A DNA stretch of 64,000 nt, from NCBI GenBank assembly GCA_951406725.2, contig OX597836.1:39308001-39372000 (forward strand), read 5' to 3'. The notes beneath the pieces were generated by a model that did not search any database, had not been told where the DNA came from, and worked only from the letters and a program-made list of their open reading frames with translations. Source of the stretch: Octopus vulgaris. Its lineage: Eukaryota. The translations under genes and the position numbers were made by a program. The first letter of the stretch is position 1. Every line of letters starts with the position of its first letter. This document shows, in pieces, positions 34,012 through 46,610 of this stretch.

Positions 34012-35708
34012 TGGTTTATGTCTATCACTGTTTGAGTTGCCTAATAGTGGTTTTATCTCTAATTCATATTTTATATTTTTATACTGTGAAATTTGATTTA
34101 ATACTAAATCTAATTTTTCCCTGTAAGTTTGGAGCCATACTCCTTAATATTATTATTATTATTATTATTATTATTATCATTATTATATTATATATATAAA
34201 TTAGAAAAAAAAAACCTTTTATCAATTCAAAATGAACAATTAAATTACACCATCTAGAACCCTTCAAGGCATGCTCCAGCATGGCCATGATTCAAATGAC
34301 TGAAACAAGTGAAAGATCTAATTGTACACACAGGAATACAAACACAAATGGTAGTATGGTGTGGTTGTGGTGGTGGTGGAGGTAGTAGTAATACAGCACC
34401 TGACTATGTCCATTAGCAAAGTGGCTGAAGAGAAAAAAATATCCGAGGGAAGTGTTCTACAAATATGATAGGTTCTAGGTTTTTCCCATAGGGGGAAAAA
34501 ACTTTAGGATTATCCATATAATTTGTAGAAAAAAACTCCCTTAAAATCTAAAAGAAAAAACACAAAAACAAGATATCTGCAATAAGCTCAATTATGTGTC
34601 GGTGCGACATAAAAAGCACCCAGTACACTCTATAAAGTGGTTTGGTGTTAGGATGGACATCCCAGCCATAAAAACCAAGCCAAAATGCATGACTGGAACC
34701 TGGTACAGCTCTCCAGCTTGCCAGCTCCAGTCAAACCGTCTGACCCATGCCAGAATGGGAAATAGACGTTAAATGTTGATGAAGGGGGTCTCAAACTAAA
34801 TGATTTTACATCGGTGGGAGTAGGGCAAACTAAAGGTCAAACAAAACAATAATAATGGCTTGACCAAAAAAACAAAAAACTGAAAAGCGCAGGAGTGGCT
34901 GTGTGGTAAGTAGCTTGTTTACCAACCACATGGTTCAGGGTTCAGTCCCACTGCATGGCACCTTGGGCAAGTGTCTTCTACTATAGCCTCAGGCCGACCA
35001 AATCCTTGTGAGTGGATTTGGTAGACGGAAACTGAAAGAAGCCCGTCATATATATATATATATATGTGTGTTTGTCCCACCAACTGATGCTGGTGTGTTT
35101 ATGTCTCCGTTACTTAGCGGTTCGGCAAAAGAGACCGATAGAATAAGTACTGGGCTTACAAAAGAATAAGTCCCGGGGTCGAGTTGCTCGACTAAAGGCG
35201 GTGCTCCAGCATGGCCGCAGTCAAATGACTGAAACAAGTAAAAGAGAGAGAGTGTTCAAATAGAAAGAAATATGTCACTGCATCTAGTTAAGCCACACCG
35301 TTCCGAGTTCAATTTCAGCTTAGGTCAGCTTTGTCTTTTTATGTATCTGGTGAGACAAAAATGATAAAATTATTGCCTGTTATATTTCCCAAAAAAGGAA
35401 AGTATGTCGCATAGTGTTTAGGGATGTTGCATTCACAATCAATCATAAAGTCAAGGTTTCAATTCCTGGACCAGGCAGTATATTGTGTTCTTGAGCAAAA
35501 ACACTTCATTTCATGTTGCTCCAGTCTGGTCCACTCAGCCGTAAAGGACTGGCATCCTGCTTGGGTGAAATGCTGTGATCTTAGTCATTTAAATGCTATG
35601 GAAACCACGGTAACTAGCCATATGGGTCGTTTGACTTGCAATAGTAATACCTAGCAGAACTTAATATAAGCCCCAAGCTTATTTCATTAATTATATTCAC
35701 TCTTAGAA

Positions 35709-36292
35709 GGCGGCAAGCTGGCAGAAACGTTAGCACGCCGGGCGAAATGCGTAGCTGTATTTCGTCTGTCATTACGTTCTGAGTTCAAATTCCGCCGAGG
35801 TCGACTTTGCCTTTCATCCTTTCGGGATCGATAAATTAAGTACCAGTTACGCACTGGGGTCGATGTAATCGACTTAATTCCTTTGTCTGTCCTTGTTTGT
35901 CCCCTCTATGTTTAGCCCCTTGTGGGTAGTAAAGAAATAGGTATTTCGTCTGCCGTTACGTCGTTCTGAGTTGAAATACTGCTGAGGTCGACTTTACCTT
36001 TCATCCTTTCGGGGTCGATAAATTAAGTACCAGTTACTCACTGGGGTCGATGTAATCGACTTAATTCCTTTGTCTGTCCTTGTTTGTCCCCTCTGTGTTT
36101 AGCCCCTTGTGGGTAGTAAAGAAATAGGTATTTCGTTTGTCGTAACGTTCTGAGTTCAAATTCCACTGAGGTCGACTTTGCCTTTCATCCTTTCGGAGTC
36201 GATAAATTAAGTATACGCAACTGGGGTCGATGTAATCGACTTAATTCCTTTGTCTGTCCCTTGTGTTTAGCCCCTTGTGGGTAGTAAAGAAA
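35709..36292 (+). mobile_element. SINE family B (Nin/Deu-like central domain), tandem trimer; other copies at about 2982-3420, 7340-7555, 16873-17295, 18780-19008, 28779-29195
   Basis: ggcggcaagctggcagaaacgttagc...gagttcaaattcc...gcctttcatcctttcggggtcgataaattaagtaccag, repeated head to tail. Confidence 0.85.
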
Positions 36293-37204
36293 TATATATT
36301 CACTCTTAGCTTGTCCAAATATTTGCCTTGTGCCTATATTAAAAACCAAACAATCAATGCTTACAACCAAAGAAGATTAAAAAATAAACTCTCAAATGTC
36401 TACAGCTATTGATCATGCTTGAAGACACCCTCCCACTGTATAGGGGCCGGTTTCTCATAGATCCCATTATTTTTGTTTTAGTTTCATTTTATTTTTTGTT
36501 TTGTTTCTGTTTTATTTTCATTTTATTTTTTTTGTTTTGTTTTTGAGGATTTAATCAGATGACGAAGGGCAGTGCCGAGACCCTTCTACTGGACCTCAGA
36601 AACTGGTGGAAGAAAAGGGATAAAGGAATCCTCAAACAAGGAATTTGGGTCTGAATTCATGTAACGGAATGGATTCCACTAAAGATACTCAAGGGCCAGA
36701 TTTTGGTGTTGAGCACCACAACCTGGCACAAAAACAAGAACGAGCTCTCCTGAGGGCTTCCACACAGTTTCCATTTACTAAACTAATACTCACAGATCTC
36801 GGGATTGTCCTGAGGCTATGGTAAAAAACGCTTAAGGTGCTGCTGTGCTTTGGGATTGAACCCCAATGTTACATGATCGCTTAGCAAATAACCTTATCCA
36901 CTCAGCCATGCATTCTCCTCATTATGTCATTAAACACCCTTGTTTCAGAGAAATACAAACAAAAAAAAAACTAAAAAGGAAAAATAAAAAAACTATGATG
37001 AGTGATCAATGATCTTGCATCTTCCAAATGTGTCACAAAGCTCAGCCATTTTATGTAAATTTTTATGTAAATTATCAAACTGTAAACCTCAGAAACTGTC
37101 CACTGGTATTTGTAAAGCTTCAGGAATGATATGTTATGGTAGATCTGTGGTGAAATAAAATATATGGCTTTATCATTTGTTATTGTTGTTCTTATGTTGT
37201 TCTG

Positions 37205-37545
37205 CATGGTGCCAAAGATTCCAACATTACCATCAAAATACAGGACCAGATACTGCAACAGCTTGGGTTTCAGAGGACCACAGCTCTTTAACATCCTCCC
37301 TAAATGCCGGAGAGACTTGCATGGTGTGGATGTGGGTTTCTTTAAAACTAAACTGGATCTCTTCTTGTCAGGGGTCCCAGATGAACCTACCTCACGACAG
37401 AAGACACAGATGCGGGCAGCAGCATCGAACTCCCTTGTTACCAAGTGCCACGTATCAGAGGTGGATTCACATATTAGTGTAGCCTATTCAGCGGTGGTGC
37501 CCCAGCATGGCCGCGGCCTTCAGGCTAAAACATTTCTAAGGATTT
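37205..37545 (+). mobile_element. CR1-group LINE 3' fragment of a second family; opposite-strand copy at about 52478-52780
   Basis: [13 protein letters not shown]....FKTKLDLFLSGVPDEP motif, followed by a gcggtggtgccccagcatggccgc tail. Confidence 0.75.
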
Positions 37546-38618
37546 ATTGATGTTGATTTCTATATACAGCGTGTTCAAAAAGTGTCTCTGCAGTGAATTC
37601 TTTTCATCATCATCATCATTTAATGTCCGCTTTCCATGGACGATTTGAGATCTGGCGAACCAGACTCCAATCTGATCTGGCAGAGTTTCTACAGCTAGAT
37701 GCCCTTCCTAATGTCAACCACTCCGAGAAGTGTAGTGGGTGCTTTTATGTGCCACCGACACGGGGCCAGTCAGGTGTTACTGGCAACGACCTTGCTCGAA
37801 TCTTTTACACATGCCACCGGCACAGGTGCCAGTAAGGCGATGCTGGTAATGATCACACTCGGATGGTGTCTTTTACGTGCCACCAGCACAGGAGCCAGAT
37901 AGCTTTAGATAATTAAGATGAAATATTTCCTTTATGCAATAGCAAAAAAACACATTTTAAATCGAGTAGTTTTATAATAAAGTTTTTAATTCAAATATAT
38001 AACAACATGATGCCAATATCAATCACAACATTGCAGAGATGGTGGCTCACATCTAGGTTGTTGGTCAACACTAACAAGGGGGGTATAAATTTAAAATCAA
38101 AATTGCGGTAGTGTTTCTAGTAACGTAGACATATTTGAATAAATTCGTATGTCACGAGGAGACAAAAGTCCTGAGCACAGTGGTAATAATAACCTGGTGT
38201 TAGAAGTTAATATATATATGTTTCAGAACAAAGTGTCAGTCAAGGATAGAACAGTCAAGTATGAAATTAAATAAATGACAAGGGAACAAGAAATCATGCA
38301 ATGAACTTTGTTACCTAACAGCTGTTTCAGCTATAGGCTGCAGTGCATTGCATCTTATAGGAGAAACAGCTGTAAGCTAATGAAGTTCATGGCATAATTT
38401 CCCATTTCCTTTAAATTCCTTGGAAAATGAAATAAGTGAATTCTATACCTCTTTCCCTTCATTCCTTAATTTCAAATTCAAATTTCTGTTCCCATCAAAT
38501 ATTATGAAGAAACAATAACTGAACACTAGGGAATAACTCATATATGTACACATACATACACAGCAGCTACATGTGCTTGCATGTGTATGTATATATACAT
38601 ATATGTCTGTGTGCATGC

Positions 38619-38661
<43 letters not shown>

Positions 38662-39004
38662 GAATTAGAGATAAAACTACTATTATGCAATTCAAACAGT
38701 GACAGACATAAGCCAATACATAAATAACAAATAATATAAATATAATTAATATATAATATATATATATAATTTTTTTTATATATTATATTAATTATATTTA
38801 TATTATTGTTACTTATGTATTGGTTTATGTCTATCACTGTTTGAGTTGCCTAATAATGGTTTTATCTCTAATTCATATTTTACATATTTATACTGTGAAA
38901 TTTGATTTAATACTTTATCGAATTTTTCCCTGTAAGTTTGGAGCTATACTCCCTAATATTATTATTATATATCTATCTATATATATATATATATATATAT
39001 GAAA

Positions 39005-39121
39005 TTTATTAAATGAATCCTTTTCAATGCAGTTTGTAGCAGTAATTAACTATAAAAGAGAACGAACATCACCTGTAAATTTTCCATGAGTACACAGGAA
39101 CACATTAACTCTTAATTTATT
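39005..39121 (-). terminator. Candidate FARSA polyadenylation signals (AATAAA at 39121-39116 and 39010-39005)
   Basis: Two AATAAA hexamers about 120 and 235 nt after the stop codon; AT-rich context lowers specificity. Confidence 0.45.
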
Positions 39122-39243
39122 AGATATCGCAAGAATTTATATAAATTACACATTAAACAACCCCTTGTTAGTGAAATATTGCTAAAATGTCTCGAGGAAG
39201 AGAAGCAGGTAGGTATAGCAGGTAAATGTGGAGGATAGCTTGG

Positions 39244-39349
39244 TTAAATTCCGACACGACAAATGGGATTATTGTAAATCATCTGTAGGTTAATCTTTGG
39301 TCCTATCAAATCTCGGATGTTGTCTATACCATAAAGAATCATGGTTGGT
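39244..39349 (-). CDS. FARSA: FARSA last exon ([34 protein letters not shown])
   Basis: ttacAG acceptor; TAA at 39246-39244. Confidence 0.96.
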
Positions 39350-42300
39350 CTGTAAAAGAGAAAACAATACAATATTAAGTTAATCCCATGCTTTTCAAAG
39401 GAGATTAATAAATTTATATTAAAAACCTAAAACATTCCATATTTTCTTTTACCGTGTTAGTATATATTATAGTGATTCATCATCGATTTCAGAATTATTT
39501 TTAACTAGCAGTATCGCACGGCGTTGCTCGGGTTTGTAAGGGAAATAACTATAAAGCATTTTTAGAGAGTTATAGCCAAAAAATGGAAAAAAAATGATGG
39601 TAAATTTTTTTTTTAGTTAAAAAGGTCGAGTTGCGTCCCCTAGACAGTCTGTGGTTTGTGTTTCTGATTCGCGACCCCATGTCGAATTTATCGATTTTTT
39701 TTCAGAACTGGGGGAATTTTTCAAAATTTTTGCTGCATTAGTTTTGAATTATGACATTGGGCTATGTGTGTGTCAAGTTTCATCAGAATCGGTTGAAAGC
39801 CGTGGTCAGGGTGAGGGTACAACCTAACAGACACACAGAAACACACACAGACAAACTGCCGTTTATATATAGAGAGATATTCACCCAGATAGGGTTTACA
39901 GAAGCAAAGCAGATATTTCAACAGCCAGATGCCCCTCTCGTGGCCAACCATTACAAGTGTCTAAGCAAGGTAGTATTGCCCCATGGCAATATTATCTTGC
40001 TTACAGACATCTTTTCACAAAATATTGGATATGAATGACATTTATTTACAACAAACACACCCAGTCAGGACAAGGAGATACATACATACATCATCATCAT
40101 CATCATCATCGTTTAACGTCCGTTTTTCGTGCTAGCACCATCCGAATGTAGCCGCTGCCAGCCTCCCCTGGCACGTAAAAAGCACCCACTACACCCATGG
40201 AGTGGTTGGCATTAAGAAGGGCATCCAGCTGTAAAAACACTGCCAGATCAGACTGGAACCCGGTGCAGCCTCCTGGCTTCCCAGACCCTGGTTGAACCGT
40301 CCAACCTATGCTAGCACGGAAAGTGGACATTAAATGATGATGATGATATATATATATATATACACACACACACATGCACAGACACACACCTAGGTGGAAG
40401 TATGGCTGTCTGGTTAAAATGCTTGCTTCTCATCGACATGATTTCTGGTAACAATGTAACGTACAAAGATGTATGACTAAGTACCTTACTTCAAAAACCA
40501 TACAAGGGTTGGCATCAGGAAAGGCATCCAGCCACAAGAATACAACCTTAAGATGCTTTGTCTAACCCATACCGGTATGGAAGAAAAAACAGGATGAAAA
40601 AAAATGAAAGAAATGAACGACAGAGAGAGAGAGAGACAGAGATAGAGAGGTTAAGGAGTCAGAGGAGATAGGACAAGAAAAGGAGATGGAAGGGGAGGAG
40701 ATGGGAAAGTGGAAGATTGGAGCAAAGATGAAGAGATGAGAGAGAGAGGAAGAAGGAAAGAGAGAAGAAAGAGAGAAATAGTTTACCAACCTTTCTAAGG
40801 ACAAACCCCATGCAATAGCCGATACATTCTCCGGTAAACCCATCGGTAGTAACATTTCAGGTCGGAAAACACCAGAATTACCAATTTCTACCCATTTTTT
40901 AAGTCCTGTAAACAGATAAAGAAAGATAACTAAACTGCAATTCATATAACATCATTCATATAAAATTTTAATGCTTAGAGTTCTGATCTAATGACATGAC
41001 TAACCCACTTCCCTGGACCTTTTCCTTAGATTTTAATCCTGAGACTTTCTACTACTTAGAATGTTAGTGCAGCCCACCTGATGATCAACCATGTATCATG
41101 TGAAACACTTCTTGAAATAAATTACCCATGTCTGACTAAGACTATTATTGGAAATGAGAGAGAGAGTTTGTATGTGCTTGAGATCATTCTACTTACCTTC
41201 ATGATAACTGAATATCTCCATACTAGGTTCTGTGTAAGGATTATAGGCTGGTTTGAAACGTAACTTGGTCATTCCTGTCGAAAGAACATTGTAGAAAAAA
41301 AGAATAACCTCAGAATGTGAAAATGTGAAAAAAGCTCAACTAAGAAATGAACAAGGGTCACAAAAACCAGACAAATGGATAGATTTAGGATTTTAATACA
41401 GAAAATATATTTATCAATGTCAGATGGTACTGAGATAGTACCATCTGAGCGTGATCGTTGCCAGCTAAAGGCTGGGGCCATGTTAGAGCACTGCCTTTAA
41501 ATGTTTACAAAAGAGTAAAAACTCAACCAAGAAACAAAGGATTTGTCGGGTGAGAACCCAGAATCTAGATGGTTAAATAGTCTTCTTAATCATTTGATCA
41601 AGTCCCCATGTCGTACTACTTACAAAAAGAAAAGAGGGTACTTACCCAGTTTGCTGAAGAATTTATGAATGACTCCCATGAGATCCCCTAAAGTCAGGTT
41701 GTAATCAATAACAACTCCTTCTATCTGATGGAATTCAGCAAGATGCGTTGCATCAAGGGTCTCATTTCGGAACACACGGTCAATAGAGAAATACTTGGCT
41801 GGTTTGAAAGGTTTCTGTAACAAAAGAAAGAAAAAAAAAATACAAGTTTCTATTTCTGAGAAGCAATGGTTGTGGGGATTTAAGGTAAGATTTTCTTGTG
41901 GGGATTTTCTGAAGCTGCATCTCCAGAGGAAGCAGTCCACAATGTTAACAGAGACTCTATGTACCACAGTGTCCCCTAAGTCCATCCCCTCCTCACCGTG
42001 TTGGGGACGCTGGCAACGAGTAGTGTCAGAGCTATGCCATCGAGAACTTCGGTTCCTCGCAGGGCCGCCCAAGGCGGATTGGTCTGACACCGAGTGGTAT
42101 TGGGGCCACAACCCGGCAGACGGGGCTCTGGTGAAAATCCCCGGAGTGTCTGTTTCGGCAACCGGCGGCTCCTCGGTCGTTCTGTCCCTGCGTCTGCGGA
42201 CTATCTGCAGCAAACAGGATGTCTCTACATGCAGGATTGTTGGGGACCGCTTGTGAAATCCACATATTCCCACAAAACCTCTTCCATGAATCCTTAATGG

Positions 42301-45300
42301 CGAATACAATAGCAACATCGGCCTGCGCCGATGGAACCGTGACTGGCTCGCTATCTCCAGTGAACTGGCGCAGGACCATCGTGCATGGACTGCCAAGGTT
42401 CGAGATGCCTCGAGGGTGGTAGAAGAAGCCGACTCAACCCGCCCAGGGTGAATGTCGCCACAAGTACAAGTAAGTAAGTATGTACCACACTCACCAACCA
42501 GCTTCTACCAATTTGTCCCTATCCAGGATCAAAAACCCTAGTTCATCTCCAGAAAAGAGCCACTCAACCACTGCCTGGTTTATATATAGAAATATGCTGT
42601 CTCCTCTCTCCTTGCCTTTTCTGTCACGAACACTACAGTAATGGCCTCTGCTCCTCAGAGCTCATACCACTTCAACCCAGGCATCATTCCACATAGCACA
42701 GCATCATAGAAGGTGATAGATAAACCTGCAGAGGCAAACCACTCCAAATGACATCAAGATATTCAAAACATCTCGTTAATATTATTAAGGTGAAGATAGG
42801 GACCACAAGTTCCAGTCCTTGTTTTGGTAAGGTGGCTTGTGTATCTCAGTGACCCTAGGAGCCATGCTAGTAGAGTACAAACTCCTGACAGGGTCTCTTA
42901 TGCAGGACAGGTCAAAGGATAGAGGACAGACTAATATGGACCACCTCTTCCCAGGGGTAAAAATGGGTTTGCATAGGGCCCAACAACCCCACCTAAACAA
43001 AAGCAGAGTTACAGAAGCATTGATGACAATCCAAAACTAGCAAAATCTGAGAGAGGAAGGCCTTTTTCTCAAGGAAATATATGAACCTGCAAGGGATGTG
43101 GAAGAAAGGAGACCCTAAAAATAACTGAAGGCAGGATACTGCCCCACCCCCAAGGAGTTGAAAAAGTACAAATCCAACTACAGGGAGGAAGAAAAGACAA
43201 CCGAGAGTCAAGAATGGTGAAAACAAGGCTTTGCTGGCTTAAGGTCCTTGGGGGAAAAAAGGGCCCAAGTAAAATAAGATATAGATACTCTGGTTAGAAA
43301 CGTCCGTCTGAGTGTATGTATGCAAGCAATCTAAACACTTACCTCTTGTGCCAACTTATACAACATCCTGGCACTCACAGCCGTTGTGTGGGTCCTCATT
43401 ATATTTTTCTGGGCTTCTTCTATCTTCCAGTTATATCTATACCTGAAATGGTACCCAATTAATATTTGGTAATTAACAGAATAAAAGAGAAATTCTTTGA
43501 AATTCTCCCTCTCTACCTTCACCTTCCCCTTCAAATGATATTTGAAGGACTTGACCAGATAGGAATGTGTCTGTCTTCAAACCTTTCAGACGGGTCCACC
43601 ACACAGCCTCTTTTGCCACAGCAGAGAAAGGTTTTAAATTTTGGCGCTAACTAGGTGAGTAGTTTTGAAGGGAGGGTTTTAGGTGATGCCTTCAACCCCG
43701 ATGTTTGATTGGTACTTTATTTTTTCAAAGACAAAAGACAAAGTTGGCCTCAGCAAAAAATTAAACCCAGAAAGTAGAGATCTGAAACAAATATTGCGAG
43801 GAATTTTTTTAGATGCTCTAAAGATTTCGTCAACAACAACAGTAGCAACAAGTGGAGAAGCAATGACCCAGTGGTTAGGGCAGCGGACTCGCAGTTGGAG
43901 GATCGCGGTTTCGATTCCCAGACCGGGCGTTGTGTGTGTTTATTGAGTGAAAACACCTAAAGCTCCACGAGGCTCCGACAGGGGGTGGTGGCATCCCTGT
44001 TGTACTCTTTTGCTCCAACTTTCTCTCACTCTCTCTTCCTGTTTCTTGTCCCCAACTTCCTACGCAACCGCTGAACCTGGATGCGCATTCATCCATCCGT
44101 CGATGCTTTCGGTGTCGGGAGTTGACCTTCTTTCTCTTCTGCGGGTCTTACGAATAGCAAAGGACCACGTTTCAAATTTCTCCCAAATGATCAACAAACA
44201 AACAAACAAGCAGCAACAACAATAAAGAAATCTCATGACTAGTATGATGTCAGAGCCAAAAATGAGGAAAATATATACTCACCCTTGAGATCCATAACCC
44301 CCTTCTGAATGAACAGTCTTCACCCGTTCCAGATAGTCTTCAGGGAACTCATGTGCATTCATGGGGTCTGAAAATCAAACGAAAACATAGATACACATTT
44401 AGTCTTTTACTTGTTTCAGTCATTTGACAGCGACCATGCTGGAGCACTACCTTTAGTAGAACAAACTAACCCCAGTACTTATTCTTTGTAAGTCTAGTAC
44501 TTATTCTATCGGTCACTTTTGCTAAACCACTAAGTTACAGGGACATAAACACACCAACATCAGTTGTCAAGCAATGGTGGGGAGACAAGCACAGACACAC
44601 ACACAAATATATTCGGATCTTTTCGGTTTGAACAGCAGTTTTTTTCTAGCGGTGTCATATGAAATTGTCACACATAATTATGACCCTAGTATCGATCTAT
44701 TGCATTTCAATCTGTTTTAGGATTAGGGTTAGGGGTGGGGGAAAGGGTATCTTTTTCTTCACAAATGTAAATAAACCCAATCTGTTTCTTAAACGAGGGA
44801 CATATTCATATGGCACAGAATGTTTTCACTTCAATAGACGTCATTGATTGGTTGAAATTGCAGAAATTGAAGAAAAAAAACAACAAATATCTTACAAACT
44901 GTAGAATTTTCTCAATAAAGCCAAAAGAAAAAATGTTTTATAAACACATTCTACGAGTATACGAAGTTTAAAAGTGTTCAGTTACGTGGAAATTATTTAA
45001 AAAAACTGCCGTTCAAACCGAAAAGATCCATATATTCATAAATATTTGTAAAGTTCGTAAATATATTTTTATGAACAGCTTGTATACGATTTGTAGACTT
45101 CATCCTTTACCACTCAGATTTCTCTGTCAAATGAAAAGCTTATTAATTCACATCGTTATTAATTAACCATGAAATATCTTGTCACTTTGAGATTCTGATG
45201 ATGTGATTGCTCGTTTTTAGAATGACTTTGTAGGGTAGGTGCGAGAGGCTGGATCTGGACTGCTCTGGCTGGTTTAAATGCTAAAGTAGCAGTTCTCAAC

Positions 45301-46559
45301 TGGGGTCCATATAAGATTTTGCTGATAAATTTATGCACAATAAATACAAGACACAAACTACTTAAAAATTTTTTTACACAATTCCTAATAATATCTCTAT
45401 ATATATAAACGGCAAAATGTCTGTCTGTGTGTGTGTCCTTTATACAAATCCACAATTTTTCAGTTAGAGAGCTCGCACTTTCTATGATCATTCAAAACCA
45501 TCCAAGGGTGGTCATACACATCTTTACATTTCCCCAGTCACCCCTGCAAAGCCATTAAAAAAAATCAATAGAAGTGACTTTTTTGTGAATTTTCTATCCA
45601 AAACCCAATCAAAATGCCCGAAACTTGATACGCCAATTGAATGCCAGCTAGGTGTATGTGGTTGGTCGGAGATATTTGGACAGTACTCGCGTGTATGTGC
45701 GCACGCACGCAGCTGTATATGAATGCACTAGCACTATGACCTGGCATTGCTGGGTCATAGTGCTAGTTTAATCATAAAATAGGAAATTTTAGACATCGAA
45801 TGGCTGTAAGTAAAACAGGAATCAAAGTGAAAGTGTGACCATGGCCAGTGCTGGAGACGCATAAAAGGCAACTATATCAATGACACATAAAAGACACTTA
45901 GTACACTCTATGGAGTGGTTGACATCAGGAAGAGCATCCAGCTGTAGAAACCAAACCAAAACTGACATGGAGCTTGGTGCAGCTCTCTGAGCTCAGCATC
46001 TCCAGTCAAACCATCCAACCTATACCTACATGGAGAATGGATATTAGATGATGATTATGATGAAAGGGTCCACAGATAAAAAAAAAAAGGGTTGAGAACC
46101 ACAATGCTAAAGGGTTAAAGTAGGTTGACTGAGCAACACAAAAATAACAAGCAAGAACTATTCACATGCGAAAGTGCACAGGGAGGGCAGGTGTGAAAAC
46201 GAAGCCATTTTACCTGATATGAAGAAGGTGTCGTGAGCATCACGAGCAGGATGTTGCTGAGGTTGGAAAAGGGCATCAAAGTTCCAGAAACTACTTTCAA
46301 CAAAGTTATTAGTAGCCATTTCTGAAAATCTGAAAAAAAAAAAAAAAAAAAAAATTTTTTTTCCACATGTACATTTTTCATTCAATATTCTACATACTTC
46401 AGTGGAAATTATACCACAGAAAAATAAAATAAAATATCACAGAAAAGTAAAGTCGACCTCAGCAGGATTTGAACTCAGAACGTAAGGAACAAATAAAATA
46501 CTGCAAGGAATTTCACCAAGTGTGCTAATGATACTGCCAACTCACAGCCTTTGCATGTT

Positions 46560-46610
<51 letters not shown>

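Noticed and set aside
41078-41135. CTGATGA...CTGA in FARSA intron 11 as a C/D snoRNA or hammerhead
   Set aside because: Box C lacks the leading purine, there is no terminal stem or recognisable guide, and hammerhead stems I and III do not form.
41969-42040. Canonical HDV-like ribozyme at the 5' end of the bipartite element
   Set aside because: A P1-like stem and TCCTC loop are present, but the loop is too long and no P2 or J4/2 could be assigned by eye.
41815-42396. N-terminal part of the 258-aa ORF 41620-42396
   Set aside because: Antisense read-through of the inserted retroposon; the FARSA exon starts at the AG acceptor at 41814.
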